From the NCBI GenBank assembly GCA_002269645.1, contig NIVC01003838.1:10444-74443 (forward strand): a stretch of 64,000 nucleotides of DNA, read 5' to 3'. Both the position numbers and the translations under genes were made by a program. A model generated the notes under the pieces. It did no database searches and was not told where the DNA came from. It saw nothing but the letters and a program-made list of their open reading frames with translations. Origin of the DNA: Macrostomum lignano. Taxonomy: Eukaryota. Below, piece by piece: positions 35,801 to 51,278 of this stretch (position 1 is its first letter; the number at the start of each line of letters is the position of its first letter).

Positions 35801-38800
35801 GCTAAGGCCCATCCATGAAAGTGGCCTAACTCGCTTCATACGACGTCTGCTTCTCTTACCAGTCTCAGAATCTGCTTGGTGGTGTCAATCAGCTGGTCGA
35901 AACGGTGAAACAGCGCCGAGCAGAGCTGCGGCCCCAGACTGCCAACCAGCCTGCGCCGGTAAAACTGCTGACAGGCGGTCATCTCAGCGGCGAACGCTTC
36001 TTCGCGATTGAAAATTTGATTCGCTAACGATTGGCGCGAATGCGGCGGCAGCGTCGGAGGCGTCTGAAGCTGTAACTGCGGCTTTTGAGGCGGCGTTTTC
36101 GGCGGCTCGGCGATCATTGCTTCGTAGGCCCGATTGTGGCAGTAGGTCTGACCACCCCCCGGGCCCGGGCCCCGCGCTGGCACAGTAGATGACAGGGCCA
36201 GCCGGCCTAGCATAGTCACCGCGTTGCCGCCACCGCTTCCGCTTCCGCTGCTCTCGTAGCCGCCGTGCCCGTTGGCCGGCGCGTCGACCAGCCATCGTTG
36301 GATTCGAAGTTCTAATCGGCTGCCGCTTCGTCTGAAGAGCAAGAATTTGCATTTTTTGTTTGAGAATTACTAACTTTTTACACAAATAATCGCTACACAC
36401 TACTACTGATGAAAGTAGAAATAAGCGGATGACAATAGCAGACTTTTTGTTAGGAATAGAGTAATTTTTTAGTCTCGTATCATTTCAGAGCGGCAATTTT
36501 TTACATCAAGATTCATGCATGTTATGGCTGCGGGCCAGATTGCATAGAAGATGAGAGAGAGGAGGAAAGACAAGATAGATGAGATGAGGGGAGAGGCGAG
36601 AGATGAGATGAGAGAGAAGATAAGATAAGAGGAGAGAGGGTAGAAGAGGAGAGAAGAGAGGGTAGAAGAGGAGAGAAGAGAGGGTAGAAGAGGAGAGAAG
36701 AGAGGGTAGAAGAGGAGAGAAGAGAGGGTAGAAGAGGAGAAAAGAGAGGGTAGAAGAGGAGAGAAGAGAGGGTAGAAGAGGAGAGAAGAGAGGAGAGAAG
36801 ATGAGAGAAGAGGAGAGAAGAGAGCTGAAAAGAGACACAAAACTTAAGCGACCCGGAGTTTGTCAAACCCGGCACTAACTCGTAGATCTTGTTAAATAAT
36901 TAGAAAAAACCTGTACTTTTGCATTAGAATTGGCAGAAAATGACTTGAACTAACGAGCTAAGCCATACAAATGTATAGAAGTTATAGGAGAGTTTGCTTG
37001 AAATCGACTGCACAGTTCTGATTGACTCTGAAAGCAGAAAAATGGTGTCAAAAAGGATTCAGAGTAATGCATACTTCTATAGCTTGACATGCTAACATCC
37101 TATTTTGGTCAGCAATGGTCTGTTTGTTTTTATATTGTCTTTGTTCATAGTTGAGCGTTCTTATGCATAGATAAATACTGAATATAGTCTTTGTTTCTCG
37201 AAGAAGACCTACAAGTTCATTTCATCCTTTGTTTTCTTGATGAACTAACTTATCACAAACTCACCGTCATCACAAAGCTGCTGGTCTTTGTTTTGCTTAT
37301 TTTCCATCTATCTGTCTACATGTATGCTAATGTAGCGCGCGACCGTTATTACTGTAAACACACCAAGCTACTAACAGCTATTTCCATTTCAACTTAAAAT
37401 CACTAACCGCTTCGTTTTTCTGAGGTCACTTTAGGGGCCGCTATAAGGTCACTAAAGGGCCGCTTTTGGGTCACTTAAGGGCCGTTTTGGGGTCACTTAA
37501 GGGCCTCTTTGGGGTCACTTAAGGGCCGTTTGGGGTCACTAAAGGGCCGCTCTTTTAGGTAACTTAAGTGCCATTTTTAGGGTAACATAAGGGCCTCTTT
37601 GGGGTCACTTAATGGCCAATCTTTGAGGTCACTTAAGGGCCGCTCTTTAAGGTCACTTAAGGGCCGTTTGGGGTCACTTAAGGGCCGTTTTTGGGGTCAC
37701 TAAAGAGCCGCTCTTTGAAGCCACTTTAGGGGCCGCTTTGGGGTAACTTAATGACCGCTTTGGGGTCACTTAAGGGCCGTTTGGGGTCACTAAAGGGCCG
37801 CTCTTTTAGGTCACTTAAGTGCCATTTTTGGGGTAACATAAGGGCCTCTTTGGGGTCACTTAATGGCCAATCTTTGAGGTCACTTAAGGGCCGTTTGGGG
37901 TCACTTAAGGGCCGTTTTTGGGGTCACTAAAGAGCCGCTCTTTGAAGCCACTTTAGGGGCCGCTTTGGGGTAACTTTATGGCCGGCTTGGGGTCACTTAA
38001 TGACCGCTTTGGGGTCACTTAATGGCCGTTTTGGGGTTGCTTTAGGAGTCGCTTTGAGGTCACGTTAGGGGCCGTTCTGGTATTACTTTAGGGGCCGAAT
38101 TGGTCACTTAAAGGAATTTTCAAACAAAGCCACGAGCCGTAAATTTAAGTTGAGTTCTAGTACTCATTGTCTTGAATAAAAAGACAATGTTTCCCAACTC
38201 TTACCGCCAACTCATCTCAATTATCCTATCTAATCTTACCATCAGAAAACTTCAAAGACTCGCAAAACCTGGCAAGAAACGAGCGCGCAGAGGCCCGCAA
38301 ACTACATCGCGCAGTGACTCAGAGCTCAATAGCTTTGGTTGAGCAAAAGCAAAATGACAGAAGCAAAAAAGCAGTGCTTTTCTGTCTGCACGCTTGGCTT
38401 TGAGATGACTCATTTCTGCTGCTGCTGCTGCGGCAGGCAGCTGATCCCTCGTGTGTTTTTTGTTCTCTGTCATCCATGATTCTTCCGTGCATAATAGCAT
38501 GTTACTCAAGGCTATACACATTTTTTAGTGCTACGAGCTGCATAGGGTACTCGCGCTGTTTGATGCTCAGATGAGGCAGCTGCCAACAACAAGCGTAAAA
38601 TAAATACACCAGCTTGTAGGAAATTCATTGTCTGCTTTTCCCGGCTTGGCGCCCCTGGATTTTCGAGTAGCACTTCTTTAACAGCTGGGTTCTTTATTGT
38701 GCTTTACCTGTTGTTGACTGTACAGTTTAGAACTGTCCGTCATCTCTCACTCTCTCCGTCATCTCTCACTCTCTCCCCATCTCTCACTCTCTCCCCATCT

Positions 38801-41800
38801 CTCACTCTCTCCTTCATCTCTCATCCTCTATGCCAGGGGTTGAAAAAAATTTAATCCGAAGGCCTGATATAAAATCTTGCGCAACACTGTGGGCCAGAGA
38901 GAGGATAGAGGAGAGTAGAGAGGAGGAGAGAGGCGAGATAAAGAGGAGCGAGGAGATGAAGGGGGAGAGGAGAGAGGAGGGAGAAGAGGAGAGGGGACAG
39001 GAGGCGAGAGAGGGGGATGAGGGATGAGAGGAGAGAGGAGAGAGGAGAGAGAAGAGGAGAGAGGAGATAGGAGTGGAGAAAGGAGAGGGTAGAGGAGGGG
39101 AGAGAGGGGATGAGGGATGAGAGGAGAGAAGAGAGAGGGGGAGATGAGGGAAGAGAGGAGAGAGGAGAGAGGAGAGAAGACAGAGGAGAGGGGAGAGAAG
39201 AGAGGAGAGGGAAGAGGGTAGAGGAGGGGAGAGAGGGGTGAGGGAAGAGAGGAGAGAGGAGAGAAACACTGAGCAGGCCAGATCGCTTTTGTAAAGCGAT
39301 CCGAGGGCCGGATAGAGAGGCTTCGCGGAATCGAGTTTGCTGACCTCTGCTCTACACTCTTCCTGATTCCTTCATCATCCCACATTCGCGCAGATTTCCC
39401 AAGCCTCTCACCGGATGTCCCCAACCACGGTGTCGCAGCTGCAACTGAGCACGGTCTGCCCATTCACGCTGACCACAATGTCGCCGCTGAGCAGGCCGAC
39501 TGCGGCGGCGGCCGACCCCGGCTCGACCTTGCCGACTCGAACTGGCTGCGAGCCGACCAGGGTGAAGCCGAAGCTCCACTGCTGACCGTGGCGACTCAGG
39601 GAGAACTGCAGGCGATTGATTGGGATTTGGGATTTGGGATTCAGTGGATAATAAGCTAGACAATGTACTCTGCTATCAGCGATAGTTTATTGAGTTGTTT
39701 AACTAGCGAACTGTGTCAAAATAAAGTTTACTTGTCAGACAATGATTTTCCTGTATCAGACATTGGTAAGCCTGTGTCAGGTAGATACTGGAGCAACCAA
39801 TGTGTCAGATGGTTATGTAGATACTGACATCCCTGTGTTAGCTAGGCATGTAGATACTGACATCCCTGTGTCAGACAGTTATGTAGATACTGACATCCCT
39901 GTGTCAGCTAGGCATGTAGATACTGACATTCCAGTGTCAGCTAGGCATGTAGATACTGACATTCCAGTGTCAGCTAGGCATGTAGATACTGACATCCCTG
40001 TGTCAGCTAGGCATGTAGATACTGACATTCCAGTGTCAGCTAGGCATGTAGATACTGACATTCCTGTGTCAGCTAGGCATGTAGATACTGACATTCCTGT
40101 GTCAGCTAGGCATGTAGATACTGACATCTCTGTGTCAGCTAGGCATGTAGATACTGACATCCCTGTGTCAGCTAGGCATGTAGATACTGACATCTCTGTG
40201 TCAGCTAGTCATGTAGATACTGACATCCCTGTGTTGCTACATGCTAGGCATGTAGATACTGACATCCCTGTGTTGCTACATGCTAGGCATGTAGATACTG
40301 ACATCTCTGTCTCAGCTAGGCATGTAGATACTGACATTCCTGTGTCAGATAGTCATGTAAATACTGACATCCCTGTGTCAGCTAGGCATGTAGATCCTGA
40401 CTTCCCTGTGTCAGCTACCATGCACTACCGCATGGAAGCACCGGCCTCTTTAATGAAATCATTACCCAATTAATTTTTTGTGAATATGAAAAAATGACAA
40501 AGATAAAAGTGAAAACATACAAAATAACACCAAGAGAACGGCTTCCCTTTGAAGTTCTAAAATAATCGCCTAAAGAATGAAATAAATTAGTCAGCTACAA
40601 AGACTTGAATCAGAACCGATCGCATTGCATTCCACTTAGTGCTACCGGCTGCCCAGACACAAAGAGGACAGACAGCAGCACAAGGGGGCTGGGCGCAGGT
40701 CTTTGTTCGGCAGACTGAATGCGGGACACCCGCGCTGGAGTAGGAGGGGACGAGAAGGCAATAAAAAAGCAGTCTGTTGCAGACAGGAAAAAGCGCCACC
40801 GCCCCCACCCAGAAGTTCAATGTCGAGCTTGTCTCGGTGTCTGTCTGCCGTGGAGTTCTAGACAGAATCTGGGACTGACTTTGGCTTTTTGTCTTGTCAT
40901 TTTCCGCTGTAAAAAACTATATGAGCCTTTATAAAAACTTTAATGTAGTTTAGCCTGCTTATGTCTTGTGAACAAGACATATGTCTTGCTGTAAAATTTA
41001 GGTCCTATGAAATTTAGGTCCTATGAAATTTAGGTCCTATGAAATTTAGGTCCTATGAAATTTAGGTCCTATGAAATTTAGGTTCTATGAAATTTAGGTC
41101 CTATGAAATTTAGGTCCTATGAAATTTAGGTCCTATGAAATTTAGGTTCTATGAAATTTAGGTCCTATGAAGTTTAGGTACTATGAAATTTAGGGTTGTA
41201 TGAAATTTAGGTCATGAAATTTAGGTCTCATGGAGTTTAGTTATAGTGAAGTTTAGGATAGGTCCTAAATTTATGAGATTTATTCTACATAATCTGTGTT
41301 TCCAATCCAGATTTCTAGGCTTACGGCATCCATGTGTCCGCCTGTCTCTCCTCCTATGCGTGCGTGTTTAATATCAAGACAGCCAAATGCAAGATATGAG
41401 TCACTTCAGCACTGAACAGAAACTAACTTTGCCTTGCGTACAATTATAATACAAATACACATTGCATTGGGCTTGCTAAATATCTTTTTATCTCTGCAGG
41501 TCCATCACTCCCGGCGCCTCCATCTGGCTCTGAGATCAATCAGTACTGCTTTATTAATGTGCTACATAATTAGATATCATGTACAAAATATATTTCTAGC
41601 TTTCTATTACCGACAACGGCTGCTCAAGAATGCCACCATTTTTTGTTCTTTTTTAAAATGGCAATTTTCAAAAATGACAATTGACCAACTATCTGATTAA
41701 AAATGGCATTTCGGGTTTCTAAAATGGCACTTGTCCCTACGAAATGGCACCTGTCCCTTCAAAATGACACCTGTCCCTACAAAATGACACATGTCCCTAC

Positions 41801-43011
41801 AAAATGACACATGTCCCTACAAAATGACACATGTCCCTACAAAATGACACATGTCCCTACAAAATGACACCTGTCCCTACAAAATGACACATGTCCCTAC
41901 AAAATGACACATGTCCCTACGAAATGACACCTGTCCCTACAAAATGACACCTGTCCCTACAAAATGACACCTGTCCCTTCAAAATGACACCTGTCCCTTC
42001 AAAATGACACCTGTCCCTAAAAAATGACACCCATCCCGATCCTACAAAATCACACTCTATCTTCAAAATTGACACTTTTCTCCTCAGAATGGCATTAGTC
42101 TCGTATCTTTTAAAGATGGCATTCGTTTCTTCAACATGACAAGTTCCATTTCTCTAAGTTCTCTCACCGTTCTTTGCTCAGTTCTGCCGCCGCCGCCGCC
42201 ACCACCGCCGCCATTTTCGACCACTGCGCTTCCCTCGCCGCCGCCGCTGCCGTTGCCGCAGGCTTTGAGTCTCGCGACATCTCCTTGCGCGGCGCCCAGC
42301 AACAGCGGGCTGTTGTTGGCAGCGACTCCAGCCGCCGCTTGCGCCGGAGGCGGGGCCGCCCAGCTCCAGCCCTCGTCCAGCACGTAGGGATCCTCCTGGA
42401 ACCGTTTTCTCAGGCCGGCCATCATTGAGATTGCGCTGGAAGTGGAACGAAAAGGCGGCATTGTCAGATCGCTAGATTGGGTGGGTAAACAGCTGAAGTA
42501 ACTATACCTGTACTTCTATGGGCAGATAGCTCGTTATCTAATAAGTACTCTTGCTACTCGAGCTTCTAGGGCTTTTTTAAATTGCAAATATTCTTAACTA
42601 AATGGCACCCCTGTTTTCTACAAAATGGCACCCAGACACAAAGGTCTTCGATAAAAAATGGCCACTTTTCAAACAGAAAAGTGGCACCCAACATTAAAAA
42701 TGGCATTCCTTCGCGTCAAAGTCCCGCACTCACGAGTCCCGCCTCCCCTGCCCGCCGGCGCCGCCCGCCGCTTTCGTCGAGGTCCTCCTGGCCTGCACGC
42801 CGTTAGCGGTCACGTGACCTGCCGCCGACGGCTCCTCAATGCCGTCGGCCGAAGACGCCGCTGACGAACCCGACGATCGCCCAGCTTGGAAGCAGCTCAG
42901 CGGGCGGAGCACCCGGCGAACTCGCTGCGCCCGAGACATTTTGCCGTTGCCGCCGCTGCCGCCACCTTCGCGGCCTCCGTTTGCATCGAAATTTCTCGCT
43001 CTACTAAGCAT
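32861..43011 (-). CDS. PDZ-DH-PH RhoGEF-like protein, ~711 aa; exons 43011-42734, 42471-42168, 39605-39412, 36331-35860, 33748-32861
   Basis: PDZ: RTFSLSRHGQQWSFGFTLVGSQPVRVGKVEPGSAA..VGLLSGDIVVSVNG...RLELRIQR. DH: REEAFAAEM, LFHRFDQL, LGRVF, SLIKPLRHL. PH: FSGELVW, VLLTDRLCL, LKTLWRGFL. Phases are consistent (2136 nt). The start codon is uncertain. Confidence 0.82.
33950..34543. mobile_element. ~594-bp non-autonomous piggyBac-like element (TTAA-flanked, imperfect TIR, subterminal inverted repeats) in RhoGEF intron 4
   Basis: TTAA at 33946-49 and 34544-47. Ends ccttttgcgccgg / ctttaagctgccgg (revcomp). A 31-bp internal inverted repeat at 33982-34012 / 34401-34432. Confidence 0.5.
34610..35685. 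repeat. 32-bp minisatellite gtgacactttgaactgggacgcatcc(t/g)tg(t/a)ca
   Basis: Direct inspection. Confidence 0.95.
36545..36835. repeat. Purine-rich ~22-bp array
   Basis: gagagggtagaagaggagagaa repeats. Confidence 0.85.
37420..38110. repeat. Degenerate ~21-bp minisatellite ggggtcacttaagggccgttt
   Basis: Direct inspection. Confidence 0.85.
38740..39265. repeat. Short CT-rich array (38740-38822) and AG-rich low-complexity tract (38897-39265)
   Basis: Direct inspection. Confidence 0.8.
39790..40420. repeat. 33-bp minisatellite gtagatactgacatccctgtgtcagctaggcat
   Basis: Generates the (ARHVDTDIPVS)n pseudo-ORF. Confidence 0.95.
40992..41225. repeat. 16-bp minisatellite aaatttaggtcctatg
   Basis: Direct inspection. 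Confidence 0.93.
41720..42025. repeat. 20-bp minisatellite aaaatgacacatgtccctac
   Basis: Direct inspection; related aaatggcacc motifs recur at 42600-42705. Confidence 0.92.
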
Positions 43012-43809
43012 GTGAAAGAGCCACTTAATTCGATTGCAATTTCAGTATAGCGTAGCTCCAATCTCTGGTTTACGGGGGGTTGGGTTTATAATAAAAACAG
43101 GACCTGGCCGCTTGCCCCCGTCTGGTCTGTCTCGCAGCCCCATTGGCTGGCTCAGTGACGCACCGTACAAAGAATTAATCTGCACCTTCCCCCTTCTATT
43201 CCTTACCCCCTCACAATTTCCTGGGTACAAGCCCCCCCTGTTCCCTACTGCATGTATGCGGGGGGAAACAAAGATCCCCACGGAAATACTGGGTTATGTG
43301 GGGTTTCTGGAGGGAGAAGGCAGGAGAGGAGAGGAGGGTAGCAACTGCCTGACGTCATTCTGGGACTGCGAACTGGGTTTGCAGCTGGTTGGTACAGTCA
43401 GCCACAGAAGTGTACAGTCGAAGCCTTTCCAACATTTACACATTATTATATTTGAAACATCGGCTTATCTACCATTAGTCTTTCATTCGATATCTGCGAA
43501 TCTATGAACTACAAGCAGTCCAGCAGTTCAGTGGAAAAGCTCTCATATAAACAGCAGCGCTAGAAGGCTGAGGGTTGGTTGGTCGGCTTTAAAAATTCAT
43601 GTTGATGCGCGGAAGACGAAGCCGCAAGGATGAATCATTTCTGCATAAACGGTGGCTGGTGGGTGGCTGGATTTGATGCTTTGAACTGGCCTCCTGCTGC
43701 TGCGGGCTTCACAATTTGTGCTGCTGGTAGCCACAGTTTTAAATAAATTTTAGTGCACCTTGCCGCTCATGACTGGGCAGTGTTGATGCAGGAGTAGCTG
43801 GCGGCGTAT

Positions 43810-44297
43810 TCTCCATACCCTCCCGGCCATCTCCACACCCTCCGGCCTGCCCTCCCACACCCTCTCTGCCCTCTCCATGACCATACCCTCCCGGCCCTCT
43901 CCACACCCTCCGGCCTGCCCTCCCACACCCTCTCTGCCCTCTCCATACCCTCCCGGCCCTCTCCACACCCTCCGGCCTGCCCTCCCACACCCTCTCTGCC
44001 CTCTCCATACCCTCCCGGCCCTCTCCACACCCTCCCTGCCCTCCCAACCCTCTCTGCCCTCTCCATACCCTCCGGCCTGCCCTCCCACACCCTCTCTGCC
44101 CTCTCCATACCCTCCCGGCCCTCTCCACACCCTCAGGCCTGCCATCCCACACCCTCTCTGCTCTCTCCACACCCTCACTGCCCTCTCCACACCCTCCCTG
44201 CTCTCTCCACACCCTCCCTGCTCTCTCCACACCCTCCCTGCCCTCTCCACACCCTCCCTGCCCTCTCCACACCCTCTCTGCCATCTCCACACCCTTT
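43810..44297. repeat. C/T-rich minisatellite (ccctctccacaccctc variants)
   Basis: Direct inspection. Confidence 0.88.
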
Positions 44298-44719
44298 CTG
44301 TACCTTTTATCTTGCAAAAAATCACACTATTTAAATTTAAATATCGAATTCAACAGAAACGAGTCAAAGTCAAAGTACATGTATCTAGATATAGTTACGA
44401 GTTTAGCTAAGTAGTTATGTAATATATTTGCTACACAAATTACGATTAAATTAACTACAGACAATCTCTTAAAGTGATTTGTAAGTTGAAAATTTGCTTA
44501 AGTGAAATAATTAGCAAATAATTTTGTCAGGTAAAAAAGCTGAACTAGGGATCAACCTGGACTGAATGAGCTGAGCTATATATTTCAGATATTAATAAAC
44601 TAACAGAAAACTAAAGTCACCAGTAATTTTTAGGGCGAAGCGAAAAATTATACTGCTTAATTTTGAACGAAATTCTAGAGAGTCAATAATAAAATTGAAG
44701 TCATTAAAATGATTTTCCT

Positions 44720-47067
<2,348 letters not shown>

Positions 47068-47399
47068 GACTTAACAACGAATCCGATAATGGCAATTATT
47101 AAGCTGAGTTTCAACGATTGTAAACGCGGCGGCAGATGGGGGACCGGACGATCTGAGTTTCGCCCCACTCCGGGTATTCCCTTATCATTTTAAAGGGAAG
47201 GAATGGACCGGGGGAGAGAGAACTCTGGGAAAGGGGCGGCGGAGGCGGCTTGGAAGCGGCGGGGGACCAGCAGGGGAAGGAAAACAAGGGGAGAGGTGGT
47301 GAGGAAAACTTCCCTACCCCCTAGTTATAACCGTCGCCTTCTAAGCCACGGATGCCTAAAGCTAGGTATCTGGACTGGGACAGTCGATTCCCACTATCC

Positions 47400-48185
47400 C
47401 AATTTCTAAGAAACTGCGGATCGACAATCGACGTTTCTTAGAATAGATGCATGTATTTCTTAGAATTAGGCAATCAACAATCGAGCTTTCTAAAAATCTG
47501 GTTTCTTAGACTCAAAGATTTCTTAGAATCGGCGAATCGACTATCGAGATTTCTTAGAATCGGCGAATCGACTGTCGAAATTTCTTAGAATCAGCGAATC
47601 GACTATCGAGATTTTTTTGAATCAGCGAATCGACTATCGAGATTTTTTTGAATCAGCGAATCGACTATCGAGATTTCTTAGAATCAGCGAATCGACTATC
47701 GAGATTTCTTAGAATCAGCGAATCGACTATCGAGATTTCTTAGAATCAGGGAATTGACTATCGAGATTTTTTTGAATCAGCGAATCGACTGTCGAAATTT
47801 CTTAGAATCAGCGAATCGACTATCGAGATTTCTTAGAATCAGCGAATCGACTATCGAGATTTCTTAGAATCAGCGAATCGACTATCGAGATTTCTAAGAA
47901 TCAGCGAATCGACTATCGAGATTTCTTAGAATCAGCGAATCGACTATCGAGATTTCTAAGAATCAGCGAATCGACTATCGAGATTTCTAAGAATCAGCGA
48001 ATCGACTATCGAGATTTCTTAGAATCAGTGAATGGACTATCGATATCTCTTAGAATCTGCGAATCGACTATCGAGATTTCTTAGAATCGGCGAATCGACT
48101 ATCGTGATTTCTTAGAATCGGCGAATCGACTATCGAGATTTCTAAGAATCGCCAAACCGACGTCGAGATTTCTAAGAATCAGCGA
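47400..48185. repeat. 31-bp minisatellite gagatttcttagaatcagcgaatcgactatc
   Basis: Direct inspection. Confidence 0.93.
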
Positions 48186-48699
48186 ATGAAGTTACTTTGC
48201 AAAGCTAGCTTTAAAAAGAGTGAATTTTCTACTGTCGACACTTTCCTACCGTGCAACAAATTATTTACCAGCGAATTGAAATTCAAGCTCCGCGAGAGCT
48301 CCGTCGCCAACTCCAGATTCTAGATGTCTAGAGCTCCCTGCCTGCCCAGATCCCTCAGCCGCACGCCGCGCAGGAGGTAGGGCATGGGGAGATTCTTCCC
48401 CAACAGATAACACCGCACAGCAGTGTACAGTACGCCAGTCAAAGCCCCCTACTGCTGTAAAATCCTTAATTTCGCGTGTTCGCATTGGGCAGTATGGAGC
48501 GAGCTGCTGGGTCAGTCTTGAATGTCACAGCCGAAGTTCTTTGACTAGCTGCTAGCTGTGTTTCTGTGCAGTAGGGAAGCAAGCTGATGCATTCTTCGTT
48601 CGCGCGCAAAAGTTCGGAGAGGAAAAAAATAGCCGAGCGAACTTTGCAATTGCAAACTTCTTGGGGGTGAAAGGAAACTGATAGCGTATAGACTGCCTG

Positions 48700-48965
48700 G
48701 AGTCGGTGAGGGGTGGGAGAGGAGAGGGTTGGAGAGGAGAGGGTTGGAGAAGAGAGGGAGGGTTAAGAGAGGGTGAGATAAGAGAGGGTAAGATAGGAGG
48801 GGGTGAGATAGGAGAGGGTAAGATAGGAGAGGGTGAGATTGGAGACGATGAGATTGGAGGGTAAGATAGGAAAGGGTGAGAGTGGAGAATGTAAGATTAG
48901 AGAGGATAAGATAGAAGAGGGTAAGAGAAGATAGGAGGGTGAGATAGGAGGGGAAGAGAGGGACA
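48700..48965. repeat. AG-rich low-complexity repeat
   Basis: Direct inspection. Confidence 0.75.
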
Positions 48966-49359
48966 GAATTATAAATATATAGTATTAAATAATGATCAAA
49001 AGCCTTGAAAATAAGAAGTTTTTTAAATGATGGTCTGTAAAAAGCAAGGAAGCCGCTAAGCTGACGGCAGCTGCTTATATTTCAGGCAGAACCAGCACCC
49101 AAAAAATAGGTTCGATCAATGTCTGCAAGGTAAATAAACGAAAAAAACAACAAGTTTATTAGGCGCAAAAACAGTGGGATCCTCGCAAAACCAACAATTA
49201 CTAATATAATGACGTAACATAATAACAGGTTTGTAATAAATACAGGAGACTACTGGTAGTGCATGAAATTGTTTATGAAGGGCCGGTTTGTCAAAAAGAC
49301 TGAAAATAATTATGGAGCTTACAATATTCAGCCATCCTCCTGCGACAGGATTTTAGCTA

Positions 49360-50260
49360 CCGACATTCTAAGAATTGGTTACCGAATTTCTAAGAATGGG
49401 CTACCGACATTCTAAGAATTGGTTAGTGGTTACCGACATTTATAAGAATGGGCTAAACACATTCTAAGAATAGGTTACCGACATTTCTGAGATTTGGCTA
49501 CCGACATTTCTAAGAATAGGCTATCAAAATTCTAATAATGGGCTACCGAAATTCTAAGAATGGGCTACCGATATTCTAAGAATGGGCTACCGATATTCTA
49601 AGAATGGGCTACCGATATTCTAAGAATTGGCTACCGATATTCTAAGAATTGGCTACCGATATTCTAAGAATTGGCTACCGACATTCTAAGAATTGGCTAC
49701 CGACATTCTAAGAATTGGCTACCGACATTCTAAGAATGGGATATCGACATTATAAGAACTGGCTACCGACATTTTAAGAATCCGCTATCGACATTCTAAG
49801 AATCTGCTAACAGACATTTTAAGAATCTGCTAACAGACATTCTAAGAATCTGCTAACAGACATTCTAAGAATCTGCTAACAGAAATTCTAAGAATCTGCT
49901 AACAGACATTCTAAGAATCTGCTAACAGACATTCTAAGAATCTGCTAACAGAAATTCTAAGAATCTGCTAACAGACATTCTAAGAATCTGCTAACAGAAA
50001 TTCTAAGAATCTGCTAACAGACATTCTAAGAATCTGCTAACAGAAATTCTAAGAATCTGCTAACAGAAATTCTAAGAATCTGCTAACAGAAATTCTAAGA
50101 ATCTGCTAACAGAAATTCTAAGAATCTGCTAACAGACATTCTAAGAATCTGCTAACAGAAATTCTAAGAATCTGCTAACAGAAATTCTAAGAATCTTCTA
50201 ACAGAAATTCTAAGAATCTGCTAACAGAAATTCTAAGAATCGACTTTACGCATTCTAAGA
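49360..50260. repeat. 22/23-bp minisatellite (acattctaagaattggctaccg grading into acattctaagaatctgctaacag)
   Basis: Direct inspection. Confidence 0.93.
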
Positions 50261-51278
50261 ACTGGCCAATCAACTATATCGACATACTTACAACTCCAAA
50301 TGCCGTTTTGCAAATAAAAATGAAAATGATCAACCGACATCAGTCTCGGGAGGATTTGGCTGCTGTAAAACCACAAGCAAAACAGCATGGAAACCCAGCT
50401 GAAAAAGCAACAACATACAGCAACAGAACTCGCCAGCTACCAGTAACAGCACGAATGCATAAATAATATTGTTTTTGTTAAAATTGAACATAAAAATAGA
50501 GTGGAGAGAAGCTTTCAGCGGTGTGGAAGACGCCGGACAAAATAAATGAAAATAAAAAAACAGCCTCGGGAATGTTTTAACGGATAGAGGAAAGGAAATA
50601 TAAATAAATAAATAAATGAATGAATAAATATTAGTATAGACAAATAAACAAATATACACATTGTTCATTCTGAAATCAGAAGACGGTTAGAGATCAAATT
50701 CGAATTCGAATATTAGGAAGTCAATAGTTTTTTGTGACAGTGGAATTATTGTTATTTGTTATTTCATCGCCTTAATGTATATACATGTATGTATATAAAA
50801 ATTCGAATGCTCAATGCAAAAACTACGTCGAACGCGTACTACTAACAGTAGTTTACAATAATAAGTTTAAAATAATTTTTTTAATTACACAAGCACGTGA
50901 TTTGGGTAATTGATATTGTTAAAAAACTTGGGAAAACTTGTAAAGTTAAAGTGACTCGCGCTAAATTTGATCAACAAATTAAAATGAGCAAATCGCTTCA
51001 ACACTTGCCTGTGCTAGCGAATGTAGATTGTTGAAACCTGTGCAGCACCAGCATCTGCTTGCCATTGAGCAAAAAGTACAAAAAGCAAAGCTGTGCAGTC
51101 GAAAAATCCCGAATCTCTGATCCCAGATTCCCGGACAATGATCCCGAATCTCTGATCCCAGATTCCCGCACAATGATCCCGAATCTCAATCCAGAAAAGA
51201 GCCCAAAACACGAACATATAGTAATCCCAATTTACAAGAAAAATCCCAGCCTATCCGAAGCCACAGCCGAGCCGCCAA

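Noticed and set aside
38252-38521. Alternative RhoGEF exon (MTENKKHTRDQLPAAAAAAE)
   Set aside because: The PDZ exon splices in frame directly to 36331, completing the domain, and no good donor is evident here.
50330-50668. Hydrophobic 112-aa ORF downstream of EPS8
   Set aside because: AT-rich low-complexity sequence in a probable 3'UTR; hydrophobicity reflects T-richness.
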